Assembly: GCA_964016885.1 (NCBI GenBank) | Contig: OZ024741.1 | Location: 408,704,001 to 408,768,000, forward strand | Source of the DNA: Eledone cirrhosa | Lineage: Eukaryota | DNA: 64,000 nt | Direction: 5' to 3' | Part shown: piece by piece, positions 9,749-24,100 of the stretch | How positions within the stretch are numbered: position 1 is the stretch's first letter | How the letters are laid out: each line of letters opens with the position of its first letter | Notes under the pieces: model-generated | The model's input: the letters and a program-made list of their open reading frames with translations, nothing else | Databases searched by the model: none | Told to the model about the DNA's origin: nothing | Translations under genes and position numbers: made by a program

Positions 9749-9853
9749 GCATATATTTTGATTATGGGAATATCTTCATTTGTTAATATTTTGAATAATA
9801 TTAAAACCTCTGTTGAGTGCTTTTAATCTATTGTAAAACTGTATTCATTGAGT

Positions 9854-10050
9854 AAGGTTGTGAATTCAATTCCCAGACAGGGTGGTGTGTTGTGTCCTTG
9901 AGTTGTGACGTCACTGGTGCCAAGCTGTATTGGCCATTGACTTTCTCTTGGACAACATCTGTGGCATGGAGAGACTGGTATTGATGGGTGACTGATGGTC
10001 AAACAACCTTGACCGGACTTGGGCCTCGGAGGGCAACTTTCTAAGAAGTT
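9854..10050 (+). mobile_element. SINE fragment (B-box region shared with the 8166 SINE, different downstream body)
   Basis: AAGGTTGTGAATTCAATTCCCAGACAGGGTGGTGTGTTGTGTCCTTGAG matches 8204-8252 and then diverges. Confidence 0.55.
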
Positions 10051-10064
10051 ACCATTGGCCCAAA

Positions 10065-10618
10065 TACCACCACTACCACTACTCCACCACTACCACTACA
10101 TCCACCACCACCACCACTACCACCAACACCACCACCAACATCACTGCCACCACCACCACCACCAACACCACCACCACTATCACTACCACCAACACCAATA
10201 CCACCACCACCACCACTACCATCACCCCATCACCACCACCAACACCACCACCACTATCACCACCACTATCACCACTACCACCACCAACACCACCACCACT
10301 ATCACTACCACCACCATCACCACCAACAACACCACCACCACCACCACTACCATCACCCCATCACCACCACCAACACCACCACCACTATCACCACCACTAT
10401 CACCACTACCACCACCAACACCACCACCACTATCACTACCACCACCACCACCACCACCACCACCACCACCACCACCATCACCCCATCACCAACACCAACA
10501 CCACCACCACCACCACCACTACCATCACCCCATCACCACCACCAACACCACCACCACTACAACCACCACTATCACCACTACCACCACCAACACCACCACC
10601 ACCAACAACAACAACAAC

Positions 10619-10649
<31 letters not shown>

Positions 10650-10657
10650 CCCCCACC
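10065..10657. repeat. Degenerate (CAC/CAA/CAT)n trinucleotide low-complexity tract
   Basis: Read directly; it explains the poly-H/T/P ORFs. Confidence 0.95.
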
Positions 10658-10742
10658 ATATTCAGGCATCGTCAACTTTGTTAAGGTAACTCAGGTAACA
10701 CGAGTAAGACTGGCAACAGGTGTTTAACAGCCGGTGTCTCTG

Positions 10743-10832
10743 AAGAGAGAGAGAAAGAGATGAGAGAGTGAGAGAGAGAGAGGGAGAGAGAGAGAGAGAT
10801 GAGAGAGGGAGAAAGAGAGAGAGAGTGAGAGG

Positions 10833-10866
<34 letters not shown>

Positions 10867-10880
10867 TGAGAGAGAGAGAG
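10743..10880. repeat. (GA)n microsatellite, interrupted
   Basis: Read directly from the sequence. Confidence 0.95.
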
Positions 10881-10912
10881 ATTTTGGAGTCACCCCACAG
10901 TCGACATATCTA

Positions 10913-11995
10913 CAGCCAGACACAGAGGTAAGGTCTTACGTGGTCATAGAACTTACTAGAAACACCAGCCAGACACAGAGGTATGGTCTTACGTGGTCAT
11001 AGAACTTACTAGAAACACCAACCAGACACAGAGGTATGGTCTTATGTGGTCATAGAACTTACTAGAAACACCAGCCAGACACAGAGGTAAGGTCTTATGT
11101 GGTCATAGAACTTACTAGAAACAGCAGCCAGACACAGAGGTAAGGTCTTACGTGGTCATAGAACTTACTAGAAACACCAGCCAGACACAGAGGTAAGGTC
11201 TTACGTGGTCATAGAACTTACTAGAAACACCAGCCAGACACAGAGGTAAGGTCTTATGTGGTCATAGAACTTACTAGAAACACCAGCCAGACACAGAGGT
11301 AAGGTCTTACGTGGTCATAGAACTTACTAGAAACACCAGCCAGACACAGAGGTAAGGTCTTATGTGGTCATAGAACTTACTAGAAACACCAGCCAGACAC
11401 AGAGGTAAGGTCTTATGTGGTCATAGAACTTACTAGAAACAGCAGCCAGACACAGAGGTAAGGTCTTACGTGGTCATAGAACTTACTAGAAACACCAGCC
11501 AGACACAGAGGTAAGGTCTTACGTGGTCATAGAACTTACTAGAAACACCAGCCAGACACAGAGGTAAGGTCTTATGTGGTCATAGAACTTACTAGAAACA
11601 CCAGCCAGACACAGAGGTAAGGTCTTATGTGGTCATAGAACTTACTAGAAACAGCAGCCAGACACAGAGGTATGGTCTTATGTGGTCATAGAACTTACTA
11701 GAAACAGCAGCCAGACACAGAGGTATGGTCTTACGTGGTCATAGAACTTACTAGAAACACCAGCCAGACACAGAGGTATGGTCTTATGTGGTCATAGAAC
11801 TTACTAGAAATAGCAGCCAGACACAGAGGTAAGGTCTTATGTGGTCATAGAACTTACTAGAAACACCAGCCAGACACAGAGGAATAGACTAACGTAGTCA
11901 TAGAACTTACTAGAAATAGCAGCCAACATATCTACAACCAGACACAGAGGCATGGTCTTATGTCGTCACTAAACTTATTAAAAACACCAGCTAAA
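10913..11995 (+). repeat. 53-bp minisatellite, ~19 copies plus a degenerate terminal copy
   Basis: The unit CAGCCAGACACAGAGGTA(A/T)GGTCTTA(C/T)GTGGTCATAGAACTTACTAGAAACA(C/G) starts at 10913, 10966, and so on. Confidence 0.96.
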
Positions 11996-12141
11996 TCTCA
12001 CTGTACGACACATTTCACATGGCAGTTCCAGATATCTACTTTTCTTCCTCCTCCCTCATCATCATCATCAATACATATCACCATTGTTTTTACGTCCACT
12101 GTTTCATTTGATGCCAATTCTTTTAGTCACCTCTTATAAAC

Positions 12142-15100
12142 ATGTACCTATTTTAAAAGGAAGACTGTACCTATTTTAAAAGGGAGACTGTACCTATTTT
12201 AAAAGGAAGACTGTACCTATTTTAAAAGGAAGACTGTACCTATTTTAAAAGGGAGACTGTGTACCTATTTTAAAAGGAAGACTGTACCTATTTTAAAAGG
12301 GAGACTGTACCTATTTTAAAAGGAAGACTGTACCTATTTTAAAAGGAAGACTGTACCTATTTTAAAAGGAAGACTGTACCTATTTTAAAAGGGAGACTGA
12401 TAACCTATTTTAAAAGGAAGACTGTACCTATTTTAAAATGAAGATCGTACCTATTTTAAAAGGAAGACTGTACCTATTTTAAAAGGAAGACTGTGTACCT
12501 ATTTTAAAAGGAAGACTGTACCTATTTTAAAAGGGAGACTGTGTACCTATTTTAAAAGGAAGAATGTACCTATTTTAAAAGTAAGACTGTACCTATTTTA
12601 AAAGGAAGACTGTACCTATTTTAAAAGGAAGACTGTGTACCTATTTTAAAAGGGAGTCTGTACCTATTTAAAAAGGAACACTCTACCTATTTTAAAAGGA
12701 AGACTGTGTAAATATTTTAAAAGTAAGACTGTACCTATTTTAAAAAGAGACTGTACCTATTTTAAAAGGAAGACTGTACCTATTTTAAAAGGATGACTGT
12801 ATTTATTTTAAAAGGAAGACTGTGTACCTATTTTAAAAGGAAGCCTGTGTACCTATTTTAAAAGGAAGCCTGTGTACCTATTTTAAAAGGAAGACTGTGT
12901 ACCTATTTTAAAAAGAAGACTGTACCTATTTTAAAAGGGAAAGTGTACTTATTTTAAAAGGAAGACTGTGTACCTATTTTAAAAGGAAGACTGTACCTAT
13001 TTTAAAAGGAAGCCTGTGTACCTATTTTAAAAGGAAGATCGTACCTATTTTAAAAGGAAGACTGTGTACCTATTTTAAAACTGAGACTGTACCTATTTTA
13101 AAAGGGAGACTGTATCTATTTTAAAAGGAAGACTATGTACCTATTTTAAAAGGGAGACTGTGTACTTATTTTAAAAGGAAGACTGTGTACCTATTTTAAG
13201 AGGAAGACTGTACCTATTTTAAAAGGGAGACTGTGTACCTATTTTAAAAGGAAGACTGTACCTATTTTAACAGGGAGACTGTGTACTTATTTTAAAAGGG
13301 AGACTGTGTACCTATTTTAAAAGGAAGATTGTACCTATTTTAAAAGGGAGACTGTGTACCTATTTTAAAAGGAAGACTGTACCTATTTTAATAGAAAGAC
13401 TGTACCTATTTTAAAAGGAAGATTATGTACCCATATTTAAAAGGGAAACTGTGTGCCTATTTTAAAAGGGAGACTGTGTACCTATTTTAAAAGGAAGACT
13501 GAACCTATTTTAAAAGGGAGATTGTGTACCTATTTTAAAAGGAAGACTGTACCTATTTTAAAAGGAAGACTGTACCTATTTTAAAAGGGAGACTGTGTAC
13601 CTATTTTAAAAGGAAGACTGTACCTATGTTAAAAGGGAGACTGTGTACCTATTTTAAAAGGAAGACTGTACCTATTTTAAAAGGGAGACAGTGTACCTAT
13701 TTTAAAAGGAAGACTGTACCTATTTTAAAAGGAAGACTGTACCTATTTTAAAAGGAAGACTACCTATTTTAAAAGGAAGACGGTGTACCTATTTTAAAAG
13801 GAAGACTGTACCTATTTTAAAAGGGAGACTGTACCTATTTTAAAAGGGAGACTGTGTACCTATTTTAAAAGGAAGACCGTGTACCTATTTTAAAAGGGAG
13901 ACTGTACCTATTTTAAAAGGAAGACTGTGTACCTATTTTAAAAGGAAGACCGTGTACCTATTTTAAAAGGGAGACTGTACCTATTTTAAAAGGAAGACTG
14001 TACCTATTTTAAAAGGAAGACTGTGTACCTATTTTAAAAGGGAAACTGTACCTATTTTAAAAGGAACACTGTACCTATTTTAAAAGGAAGATTGTGTACC
14101 TATTTTAAAAGGAAGACTGTGTACCTATTTTAAAAGGAAGACTGTACCTATTTTAAAAGGAAGACTGTGTACCTATTTTAAAAGGGAGATTATTACCTAT
14201 TTTAAAAGGAAGACTGTACCTATTTTAAAAGGAAGACTGTGTACCTATTTTAAAAGGAAGATTGTACCTATTTTAAAAGGAAGACTGTACCTATTTTAAA
14301 AGGAAGACTGTGTACCTATTTTAAAAGGAAGACAGTACCTATTTTAAAAGGGAGACTGTGTACCTATTTTAAAAGGAAGAATGTACCTATTTTAAAAGGA
14401 AGACTGTACCTATTTTAAAAGGAAGACTGTACCTATTTTAAAAAGAAGACTGTGTACCTATTTTAAAAGGGAGACTGTACCTATTTAAAAAGGAACATTG
14501 TACCTATTTTAAAAGGAAGACTGTGTACCTATTTTAAAAGGAAGACTGTACCTATTTTAAAAGGAAGACTGTACCTATTTTAAAAGGAAGCCTGTGTACC
14601 TATTTTAAAAGGAAGATTGTACATATTTTAAAAGGAAGATGTGAACCTATTTTAAAACGGAGACTGTACCTATTTTAAAAGGGAGACTGTACCTATTTTA
14701 AAAGGAAGACTGTGTACCTATTTTAAAAGTAAGACCGTGTACCTATTTTAAAAGGGAGACTGTACCTATTTTAAAAGGAAGACTGTGTACCTATTTTAAA
14801 AGGGAGATTATTACCTATTTTAAAAGGAAGACTGTACCTATTTTAAAAGGAAGACTGTGTACCTATTTTAAAAGGAAGATTGTACCTATTTTAAAAGGAA
14901 GACTGTGTACCTATTTTAAAAGGGAGACTGCACCTATTTTAAAAGGAAGACTTACCTATTTTAAAAGGAAGACTGTACCTATTTTAAAAAGAAGACTGTG
15001 TACCTATTTTAAAAGGGAGACTGTACCTATTTAAAAAGGAACATTGTACCTATTTTAAAAGGAAGACTGTGTACCTATTTTAAAAGGAAGACTGTACCTA

Positions 15101-18100
15101 TTTTAAAAGGGAGACTTACCTATTTTAAAAGGAAGACTGTACCTATTTTAAAAGGATGACTGTACCTATTTTAAAAGGAAGACTGTGTACCTATTTTAAA
15201 AGGAAGCCTGTGTACCTATTTTAAAAGGAAGACAGTGTACCTATTTTAAAAAGAAGACTGTACCTATTTTAAAAGGGAGACTGTACCTATTTTAAAAGGA
15301 AGAGTGTGTACCTATTTTAAAAGGAAGACTGTACCTATTTTAAAAGGAAGCCTGTGTACCTATTTTAAAAGGAAGATTGTACATATTTTAAAAGGAAGAT
15401 GTGAACCTATTTTAAAACGGAGACTGTACCTATTTTAAAAGGGAGACTGTACCTATTTTAAAAGGAAGACTGTGTACCTATTTTAAAAGTAAGACCGTGT
15501 ACCTATTTTAAAAGGGAGACTGTACCTATTTTAAAAGGAAGACTGTGTACCTATTTTAAAAGGGAGATTATTACCTATTTTAAAAGGAAGACTGTACCTA
15601 TTTTAAAAGGAAGACTGTGTACCTATTTTAAAAGGAAGACTGTACCTATTTTAAAAGGGAGACTGTGTACCTATTTTAAAAGGAAGAATGTACCTATTTT
15701 AAAAGGATGACTGTACCTATTTTAAAAGGAAGACTGTGTACCTATTTTAAAAGGAAGCCTGTGTACTTATTTTAAAAGGAAGACAGTACCTATTTTAAAA
15801 AGAAGACTGTGTACCTATTTTAAAAGGGAGACTGTACCTATTTTAAAAGGGAGACTGTACCTATTTTAAAAGGAAGACTGTACCTATTTTAAAAGGATGA
15901 CTGTACCTATTTTAAAAGGAAGACTGTGTACCTATTTTAAAAGGAAGCCTGTGTACCTATTTTAAAAGGAAGACAGTGTACCTATTTTAAAATGAAGACT
16001 GTACCTATTTTAAAAGGGAGATGGTACCTATTTTAAAAGGAAGAGTGTGTACCTATTTTAAAAGGAAGACTGTACCTATTTTAAAAGGAAGCCTGTGTAC
16101 CTATTTTAAAAGGAAGATTGTACCTATTTTAAAAGGAAGATGTGAACCTATTTTAAAACGGAGACTGTACCTATTTTAAAAGGGAGACTGTACCTATTTT
16201 AAAAGGGAGACTGTGTACCTATTTTAAAAGGAAGACGGTGTACCTATTTTAAAAGGAAGACTGTACCTATTTTAAAAGGGAGACTGTACCTATTTTAAAA
16301 GGGAGACTGTGTACCTATTTTAAAAGGAAGACCGTGTACCTATTTTAAAAGGGAGACTGTACCTATTTTAAAAGGAAGACTGTACCTATTTTAAAAGGAA
16401 GACTTTGTACCTATTTTAAAAGGGAGACTGTACCTATTTTAAAAAGAACACTGTACCTATTTTAAAAGGAAGATTGTGTACATATTTTAAAAGGAAGACT
16501 GTGTACCTATTTTAAAAGGAAGACTGTACCTATTTTAAAAGGAAGACTGTGTACCTATTTTAAAAGGGAGATTATTACCTATTTTAAAAGGAAGACTGTA
16601 CTTATATTAAAAGGAAGACTGTGTACCTATTTTAAAAGGAAGATTGTGTACCCATTTTAAAAGGAAGACTGTGTACCTATTTTAAAAGGAAGACTGTACC
16701 TATTTTAAAAGTAAGACTGTGTACCTATTTTAAAAGGGAGATTATTACCTATTTTAAAAGGAAGACTGTACCTATTTTAAAAGGAAGCCTGTGTACCTAT
16801 TTTAAAAGGAAGATCGTACCTATTTTAAAAGGAAGACTGTGTACCTATTTTAAAACTGAGACTGTACCTATTTTAAAAGGGAGACTGTATCTATTTTAAA
16901 AGGAAGACTATGTACCTATTTTAAAAGGGAGACTGTGTACTTATTTTAAAAGGAAGACTGTGTACCTATTTTAAGAGGAAGACTGTACCTATTTTAAAAG
17001 GGAGACTGTGTACCTATTTTAAAAGGAAGACTGTACCTATTTTAACAGGGAGACTGTGTACTTATTTTAAAAGGGAGACTGTGTACCTATTTTAAAAGGA
17101 AGATTGTACCTATTTTAAAAGGGAGACTGTGTACCTATTTTAAAAGGAAGACTGTACCTATTTTAATAGAAAGACTGTACCTATTTTAAAAGGAAGATTA
17201 TGTACCCATATTTAAAAGGGAAACTGTGTGCCTATTTTAAAAGGGAGACTGTGTACCTATTTTAAAAGGAAGACTGAACCTATTTTAAAAGGGAGATTGT
17301 GTACCTATTTTAAAAGGAAGACTGTACCTATTTTAAAAGGAAGACTGTACCTATTTTAAAAGGGAGACTGTGTACCTATTTTAAAAGGAAGACTGTACCT
17401 ATGTTAAAAGGGAGACTGTGTACCTATTTTAAAAGGAAGACTGTACCTATTTTAAAAGGGAGACAGTGTACCTATTTTAAAAGGAAGACTGTACCTATTT
17501 TAAAAGGAAGACTGTACCTATTTTAAAAGGAAGACTACCTATTTTAAAAGGAAGACGGTGTACCTATTTTAAAAGGAAGACTGTACCTATTTTAAAAGGG
17601 AGACTGTACCTATTTTAAAAGGGAGACTGTGTACCTATTTTAAAAGGAAGACCGTGTACCTATTTTAAAAGGGAGACTGTACCTATTTTAAAAGGAAGAC
17701 TGTGTACCTATTTTAAAAGGAAGACCGTGTACCTATTTTAAAAGGGAGACTGTACCTATTTTAAAAGGAAGACTGTACCTATTTTAAAAGGAAGACTGTG
17801 TACCTATTTTAAAAGGGAGACTGTACCTATTTTAAAAGGAACACTGTACCTATTTTAAAAGGAAGATTGTGTACCTATTTTAAAAGGAAGACTGTGTACC
17901 TATTTTAAAAGGAAGACTGTACCTATTTTAAAAGGAAGACTGTGTACCTATTTTAAAAGGGAGATTATTACCTATTTTAAAAGGAAGACTGTACCTATTT
18001 TAAAAGGAAGACTGTGTACCTATTTTAAAAGGAAGATTGTACCTATTTTAAAAGGAAGACTGTACCTATTTTAAAAGGAAGACTGTGTACCTATTTTAAA

Positions 18101-21100
18101 AGGAAGACAGTACCTATTTTAAAAGGGAGACTGTGTACCTATTTTAAAAGGAAGAATGTACCTATTTTAAAAGGAAGACTGTACCTATTTTAAAAGGAAG
18201 ACTGTACCTATTTTAAAAAGAAGACTGTGTACCTATTTTAAAAGGGAGACTGTACCTATTTTAAAAGGAACATTGTACCTATTTTAAAAGGAAGACTGTG
18301 TACCTATTTTAAAAGGAAGACTGTACCTATTTTAAAAGGGAGACTTACCTATTTTAAAAGGAAGACTGTACCTATTTTAAAAGGATGACTGTACCTATTT
18401 TAAAAGGAAGACTGTGTACCTATTTTAAAAGGAAGCCTGTGTACCTATTTTAAAAGGAAGACAGTGTACCTATTTTAAAAAGAAGACTGTACCTATTTTA
18501 AAAGGTAGACTGTACCTATTTTAAAAGGAAGAGTGTGTACCTATTTTAAAAGGAAGACTGTACCTATTTTAAAAGGAAGCCTGTGTACCTATTTTAAAAG
18601 GAAGATTGTACATATTTTAAAAGGAAGATGTGAACCTATTTTAAAACGGAGACTGTACCTATTTTAAAAGGGAGACTGTACCTATTTTAAAAGGAAGACT
18701 GTGTACCTATTTTAAAAGTAAGACCGTGTACCTATTTTAAAAGGGAGACTGTACCTATTTTAAAAGGAAGACTGTGTACCTATTTTAAAAGGGAGATTAT
18801 TACCTATTTTAAAAGGAAGACTGTACCTATTTTAAAAGGAAGACTGTGTACCTATTTTAAAAGGAAGATTGTACCTATTTTAAAAGGAAGACTGTACCTA
18901 TTTTAAAAGGAAGACTGTGTACCTATTTTAAAAGGAAGACTGTACCTATTTTAAAAGGGAGACTGTGTACCTATTTTAAAAGGAAGAATGTACCTATTTT
19001 AAAAGGGAGACTGTGTACCTATTTTAAAAGGAAGAATGTACCTATTTTAAAAGGAAGACTGTACCTATTTTAAAAGGAAGACTGTACCTATTTTAAAAAG
19101 AAGACTGTGTACCTATTTTAAAAGGGAGACTGTACCTATTTTAAAAGGAACATTGTACCTATTTTAAAAGGAAGACTGTGTACCTATTTTAAAAGGAAGA
19201 CTGTACCTATTTTAAAAGGGAGACTTACCTATTTTAAAAGGAAGACTGTACCTATTTTAAAAGGATGACTGTACCTATTTTAAAAGGAAGACTGTGTACC
19301 TATTTTAAAAGGAAGCCTGTGTACCTATTTTAAAAGGAAGACAGTGTACCTATTTTAAAAAGAAGACTGTACCTATTTTAAAAGGGAGACTGTACCTATT
19401 TTAAAAGGAAGAGTGTGTACCTATTTTAAAAGGAAGACTGTACCTATTTTACAAGGAAGCCTGTGTACCTATTTTAAAAGGAAGATTGTACATATTTTAA
19501 AAGGAAGATGTGAACCTATTTTAAAACGGAGACTGTACCTATTTTAAAAGGGAGACTGTACCTATTTTAAAAGGAAGACTGTGTACCTATTTTAAAAGTA
19601 AGACCGTGTACCTATTTTAAAAGGGAGACTGTACCTATTTTAAATGGAAGACTGTGTACCTATTTTAAAAGGGAGATTATTACCTATTTTAAAAGGAAGA
19701 CTGTACCTATTTTAAAAGGAAGACTGTGTACCTATTTTAAAAGGAAGATTGTACCTATTTTAAAAGGAAGACTGTACCTATTTTAAAAGGAAGACTGTGT
19801 ACCTATTTTAAAAGGAAGACTGTACCTATTTTAAAAGGGAGACTGTGTACCTATTTTAAAAGGAAGAATGTACCTATTTTAAAAGGAAGACTGTACTTAT
19901 TTTAAAAGGAAGACAGTACCTATTTTAAAAAGAAGACTGTGTACCTATTTTAAAAGGGAGACTGTACCTATTTTAAAAGGGAGACTGTACCTATTTTAAA
20001 AGGAAGACTGTACCTATTTTAAAAGGATGACTGTACCTATTTTAAAAGGAAGACTGTGTACCTATTTTAAAAGGAAGCCTGTGTACCTATTTTAAAAGGA
20101 AGACAGTGTACCTATTTTAAAATGAAGACTGTACCTATTTTAAAAGGGAGATGGTACCTATTTTAAAAGGAAGAGTGTGTACCTATTTTAAAAGGAAGAT
20201 TGTGTACCTATTTTAAAAGGAAGCCTGTGTACCTATTTTAAAAGGAAGATTGTACCTATTTTAAAAGGAAGATGTGAACCTATTTTAAAACGGAGACTGT
20301 ACCTATTTTAAAAGGGAGACTGTACCTATTTTAAAAGGGAGACTGTGTACCTATTTTAAAAGGAAGACGGTGTACCTATTTTAAAAGGAAGACTGTACCT
20401 ATTTTAAAAGGAAGACTGTGTACCTATTTTAAAAGGGAGACTGTACCTATTTTAAAAAGAACACTGTACCTATTTTAAAAGGAAGATTGTGTACATATTT
20501 TAAAAGGAAGACTGTGTACCTATTTTAAAAGGAAGACTGTACCTATTTTAAAAGGAAGACTGTGTACCTATTTTAAAAGGGAGATTATTACCTATTTTAA
20601 AAGGAAGACTGTACCTATATTAAAAGGAAGACTGTGTACCTATTTTAAAAGGAAGATTGTGTACCCATTTTAAAAGGAAGACTGTGTACCTATTTTAAAA
20701 GGAAGACTGTACCTATTTTAAAAGTAAGACTGTGTACCTATTTTAAAAGGGAGATTATTACCTATTTTAAAAGGAAGACTGTACCTATTTTAAAAGGAAG
20801 ACTGTGTACCTATTTTAAAAGGAAGATTGTACCTATTTTAAAAGGACGACTGTACCTATTTTAAAAGGGAGACTGTGTACCTATTTTAAAAGGAAGACTG
20901 TACCTATTTTAAAAGGGAGACTGTGTACCTATTTTAAAAGGGAGAATGTACCTATTTTAAAAGGAAGACTGTACCTATTTTAAAAGGAAGACTGTGTACC
21001 TATTTTAAAAGGAAGACTGTACCTATTTTAAAAGGGAGACTGTACCTATTTTAAAAGGAAGAGTGTGTACCTATTTTAAAAGGAAGACTGTACCTATTTT

Positions 21101-24100
21101 AAAAGGAAGCCTGTGTACCTATTTTAAAAGGAAGATTGTACCTATTTTAAAAGGAAGATGTGAACCTATTTTAAAACGGAGACTGTACCTATTTTAAAAG
21201 GGAGACTGTACCTATTTTAAAAGGAAGACTGTGTATCTATTTTAAAAGGGAGACTGTGTACTTATTTTAAAAGGAAGACTGTGTACCTATTTTAAGAGGA
21301 AAACTGTACCTATTTTAAAAGGGAGACTGTGTACCTATTTCAAAAGGAAGACTACCTATTTTAAAAGGGAAACTGTGTACCTATTTTAAAAAGGAGACTG
21401 TGTACCTATTTTAAAAGGAAGACTGTACCTATTTTAAAAGGGAGACTGTGTACCTATTTTAAAAGGAAGAATGTACCTATTTTAAAAGGAAGACTGTACC
21501 TATTTTAAAAGGAAGACTGTGTACCTATTTTAAAAGGAAGACTGTACCTATTTTAAAAGGGAGACTGTACCTATTTTAAAAGGAAGACTGTGTACCTATT
21601 TTAAAAGGAAGATTGTACCTATTTTAAAAGGAAGACTGTACCTATTTTAAAAGGAAGACTGTGTACCTATTTTAAAAGGAAGACTGTACCTATTTTAAAA
21701 GGGAGACTGTGTACCTATTTTAAAAGGAAGAATGTACCTATTTTAAAAGGAAGACTGTACCTATTTTAAAAGGATGACTGTACCTATTTTAAAAGGAAGA
21801 CTGTGTACCTATTTTAAAAGGAAGCCTGTGTACCTATTTTAAAAGGAAGACAGTGTACCTATTTTAAAATGAAGACTGTACCTATTTTAAAAGGGAGATG
21901 GTACCTATTTTAAAAGGATGAGTGTGTACCTATTTTAAAAGGAAGACTGTACCTATTTTAAAAGGAAGCCTGTGTACCTATTTTAAAAGGAAGATTGTAC
22001 CTATTTTAAAAGGAAGATGTGAACCTATTTTAAAACGGAGACTGTACCTATTTTAAAAGGGAGACTGTACCTAATTTAAAAGGGAGACTGTGTACCTATT
22101 TTAAAAGGAAGACGGTGTACCTATTTTAAAAGGAAGACTGTACCTATTTTAAAAGGGAGACTGTACCTATTTTAAAAGGGAGACTGTGTACCTATTTTAA
22201 AAGGAAGACCGTGTACCTATTTTAAAAGGGAGACTGTACCTATTTTAAAAGGAAGACTGTACCTATTTTAAAAGGAAGACTGTGTACCTATTTTAAAAGG
22301 GAGACTGTACCTATTTTAAAAAGAACACTGTACCTATTTTAAAAGGAAGATTGTGTACCTATTTTAAAAGGAAGACTGTACCTATTTTAAAAGGAAGACT
22401 GTGTACCTATTTTAAAAGGGAGATTATTACCTATTTTAAAAGGAAGACTGTACCTATATTAAAAGGAAGACTGTGTACCTATTTTAAAAGGAAGATTGTG
22501 TACCCATTTTAAAAGGAAGACTGTGTACCTATTTTAAAAGGAAGACTGTACCTATTTTAAAAGTAAGACTGTGTACCTATTTTAAAAGGGAGATTATTAC
22601 CTATTTTAAAAGGAAGACTGTACCTATTTTAAAAGGAAGACTGTGTACCTATTTTAAAAGGAAGATTGTACCTATTTTAAAAGGACGACTGTACCTATTT
22701 TAAAAGGGAGTCTGTGTACCTATTTTAAAAGGGAGATTATTACCTATTTTAAAAGGAAGACTGTACCTATATTAAAAGGAAGACTGTGTACCTATTTTAA
22801 AAGGAAGATTGTGTACCCATTTTAAAAGGAAGACTGTGTACCTATTTTAAAAGGAAGACTGTACCTATTTTAAAAGTAAGACTGTGTATCTATTTTAAAA
22901 GGGAGATTATTACCTATTTTAAAAGGAAGACTGTACCTATTTTAAAAGGAAGACTGTGTACCTATTTTAAAAGGAAGATTGTACCTATTTTAAAAGGAAG
23001 ACTGTACCTATTTTAAAAGGAAGACTGTGTACCTATTTTAAAAGGGAGATTATTACCTATTTTAAAAGGAAGACTGTACCTATATTAAAAGGAAGACTGT
23101 GTACCTATTTTAAAAGGAAGATTGTGTACCCATTTTAAAAGGAAGACTGTGTACCTATTTTAAAAGGAAGACTGTACCTATTTTAAAAGTAAGACTGTGT
23201 ACCTATTTTAAAAGGGAGATTATTACCTATTTTAAAAGGAAGACTGTACCTATTTTAAAAGGAAGACTGTGTACCTATTTTAAAAGGAAGATTGTACCTA
23301 TTTTAAAAGGACGACTGTACCTATTTTAAAAGGGAGACTGTGTACCTATTTTAAAAGGAAGACTGTACCTATTTTAAAAGGGAGACTGTGTACCTATTTT
23401 AAAAGGAAGAATGTACCTATTTTAAAAGGAAGACTGTACCTATTTTAAAAGGAAGACTGTGTACCTATTTTAAAAGGAAGACTGTACCTATTTTAAAAGG
23501 GAGACTGTACCTATTTTAAAAGGAAGAGTGTGTACCTATTTTAAAAGGAAGACTGTACCTATTTTAAAAGGAAGCCTGTGTACCTATTTTAAAAGGAAGA
23601 TTGTACCTATTTTAAAAGGAAGATGTGAACCTATTTTAAAACGGAGACTGTACCTATTTTAAAAGGGAGACTGTACCTATTTTAAAAGGAAGACTGTATA
23701 TCTATTTTAAAAGGGAGACTGTGTACTTATTTTAAAAGGAAGACTGTGTACCTATTTTAAGAGGAAAACTGTACCTATTTTAAAAGGGAGACTGTGTACC
23801 TATTTCAAAAGGAAGACTACCTATTTTAAAAGGGAAACTGTGTACCTATTTTAAAAAGGAGACTGTGTACCTATTTTAAAAGGAAGACTGTACCTATTTT
23901 AAAAGGGAGACTGTGTACCTATTTTAAAAGGAAGAATGTACCTATTTTAAAAGGAAGACTGTACCTATTTTAAAAGGAAGACTGTGTACCTATTTTAAAA
24001 GGAAGACTGTACCTATTTTAAAAGGGAGACTGTACCTATTTTAAAAGGAAGACTGTGTACCTATTTTAAAAGGAAGATTGTACCTATTTTAAAAGGAAGA

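Larger units (their letters stand above)
9092..9800. repeat. Three-arm inverted structure: diverged + copy (9092-9262), - copy (9270-9497), 72-bp spacer, + copy (9570-9800)
   Basis: TGCCAATAC.GGAATTGA...CCGTAG.GGTATGTCA occurs at ~9093 and ~9628, and its reverse complement at ~9396-9439. A (TA)n tract lies at 9263-9272. Confidence 0.9.

Noticed and set aside
10019-10923. His/Thr/Pro-rich 221-aa ORF and Ser/Leu- or Val/Gly-rich ORFs
   Set aside because: They are translations of (CAC)n and (GA)n microsatellites.
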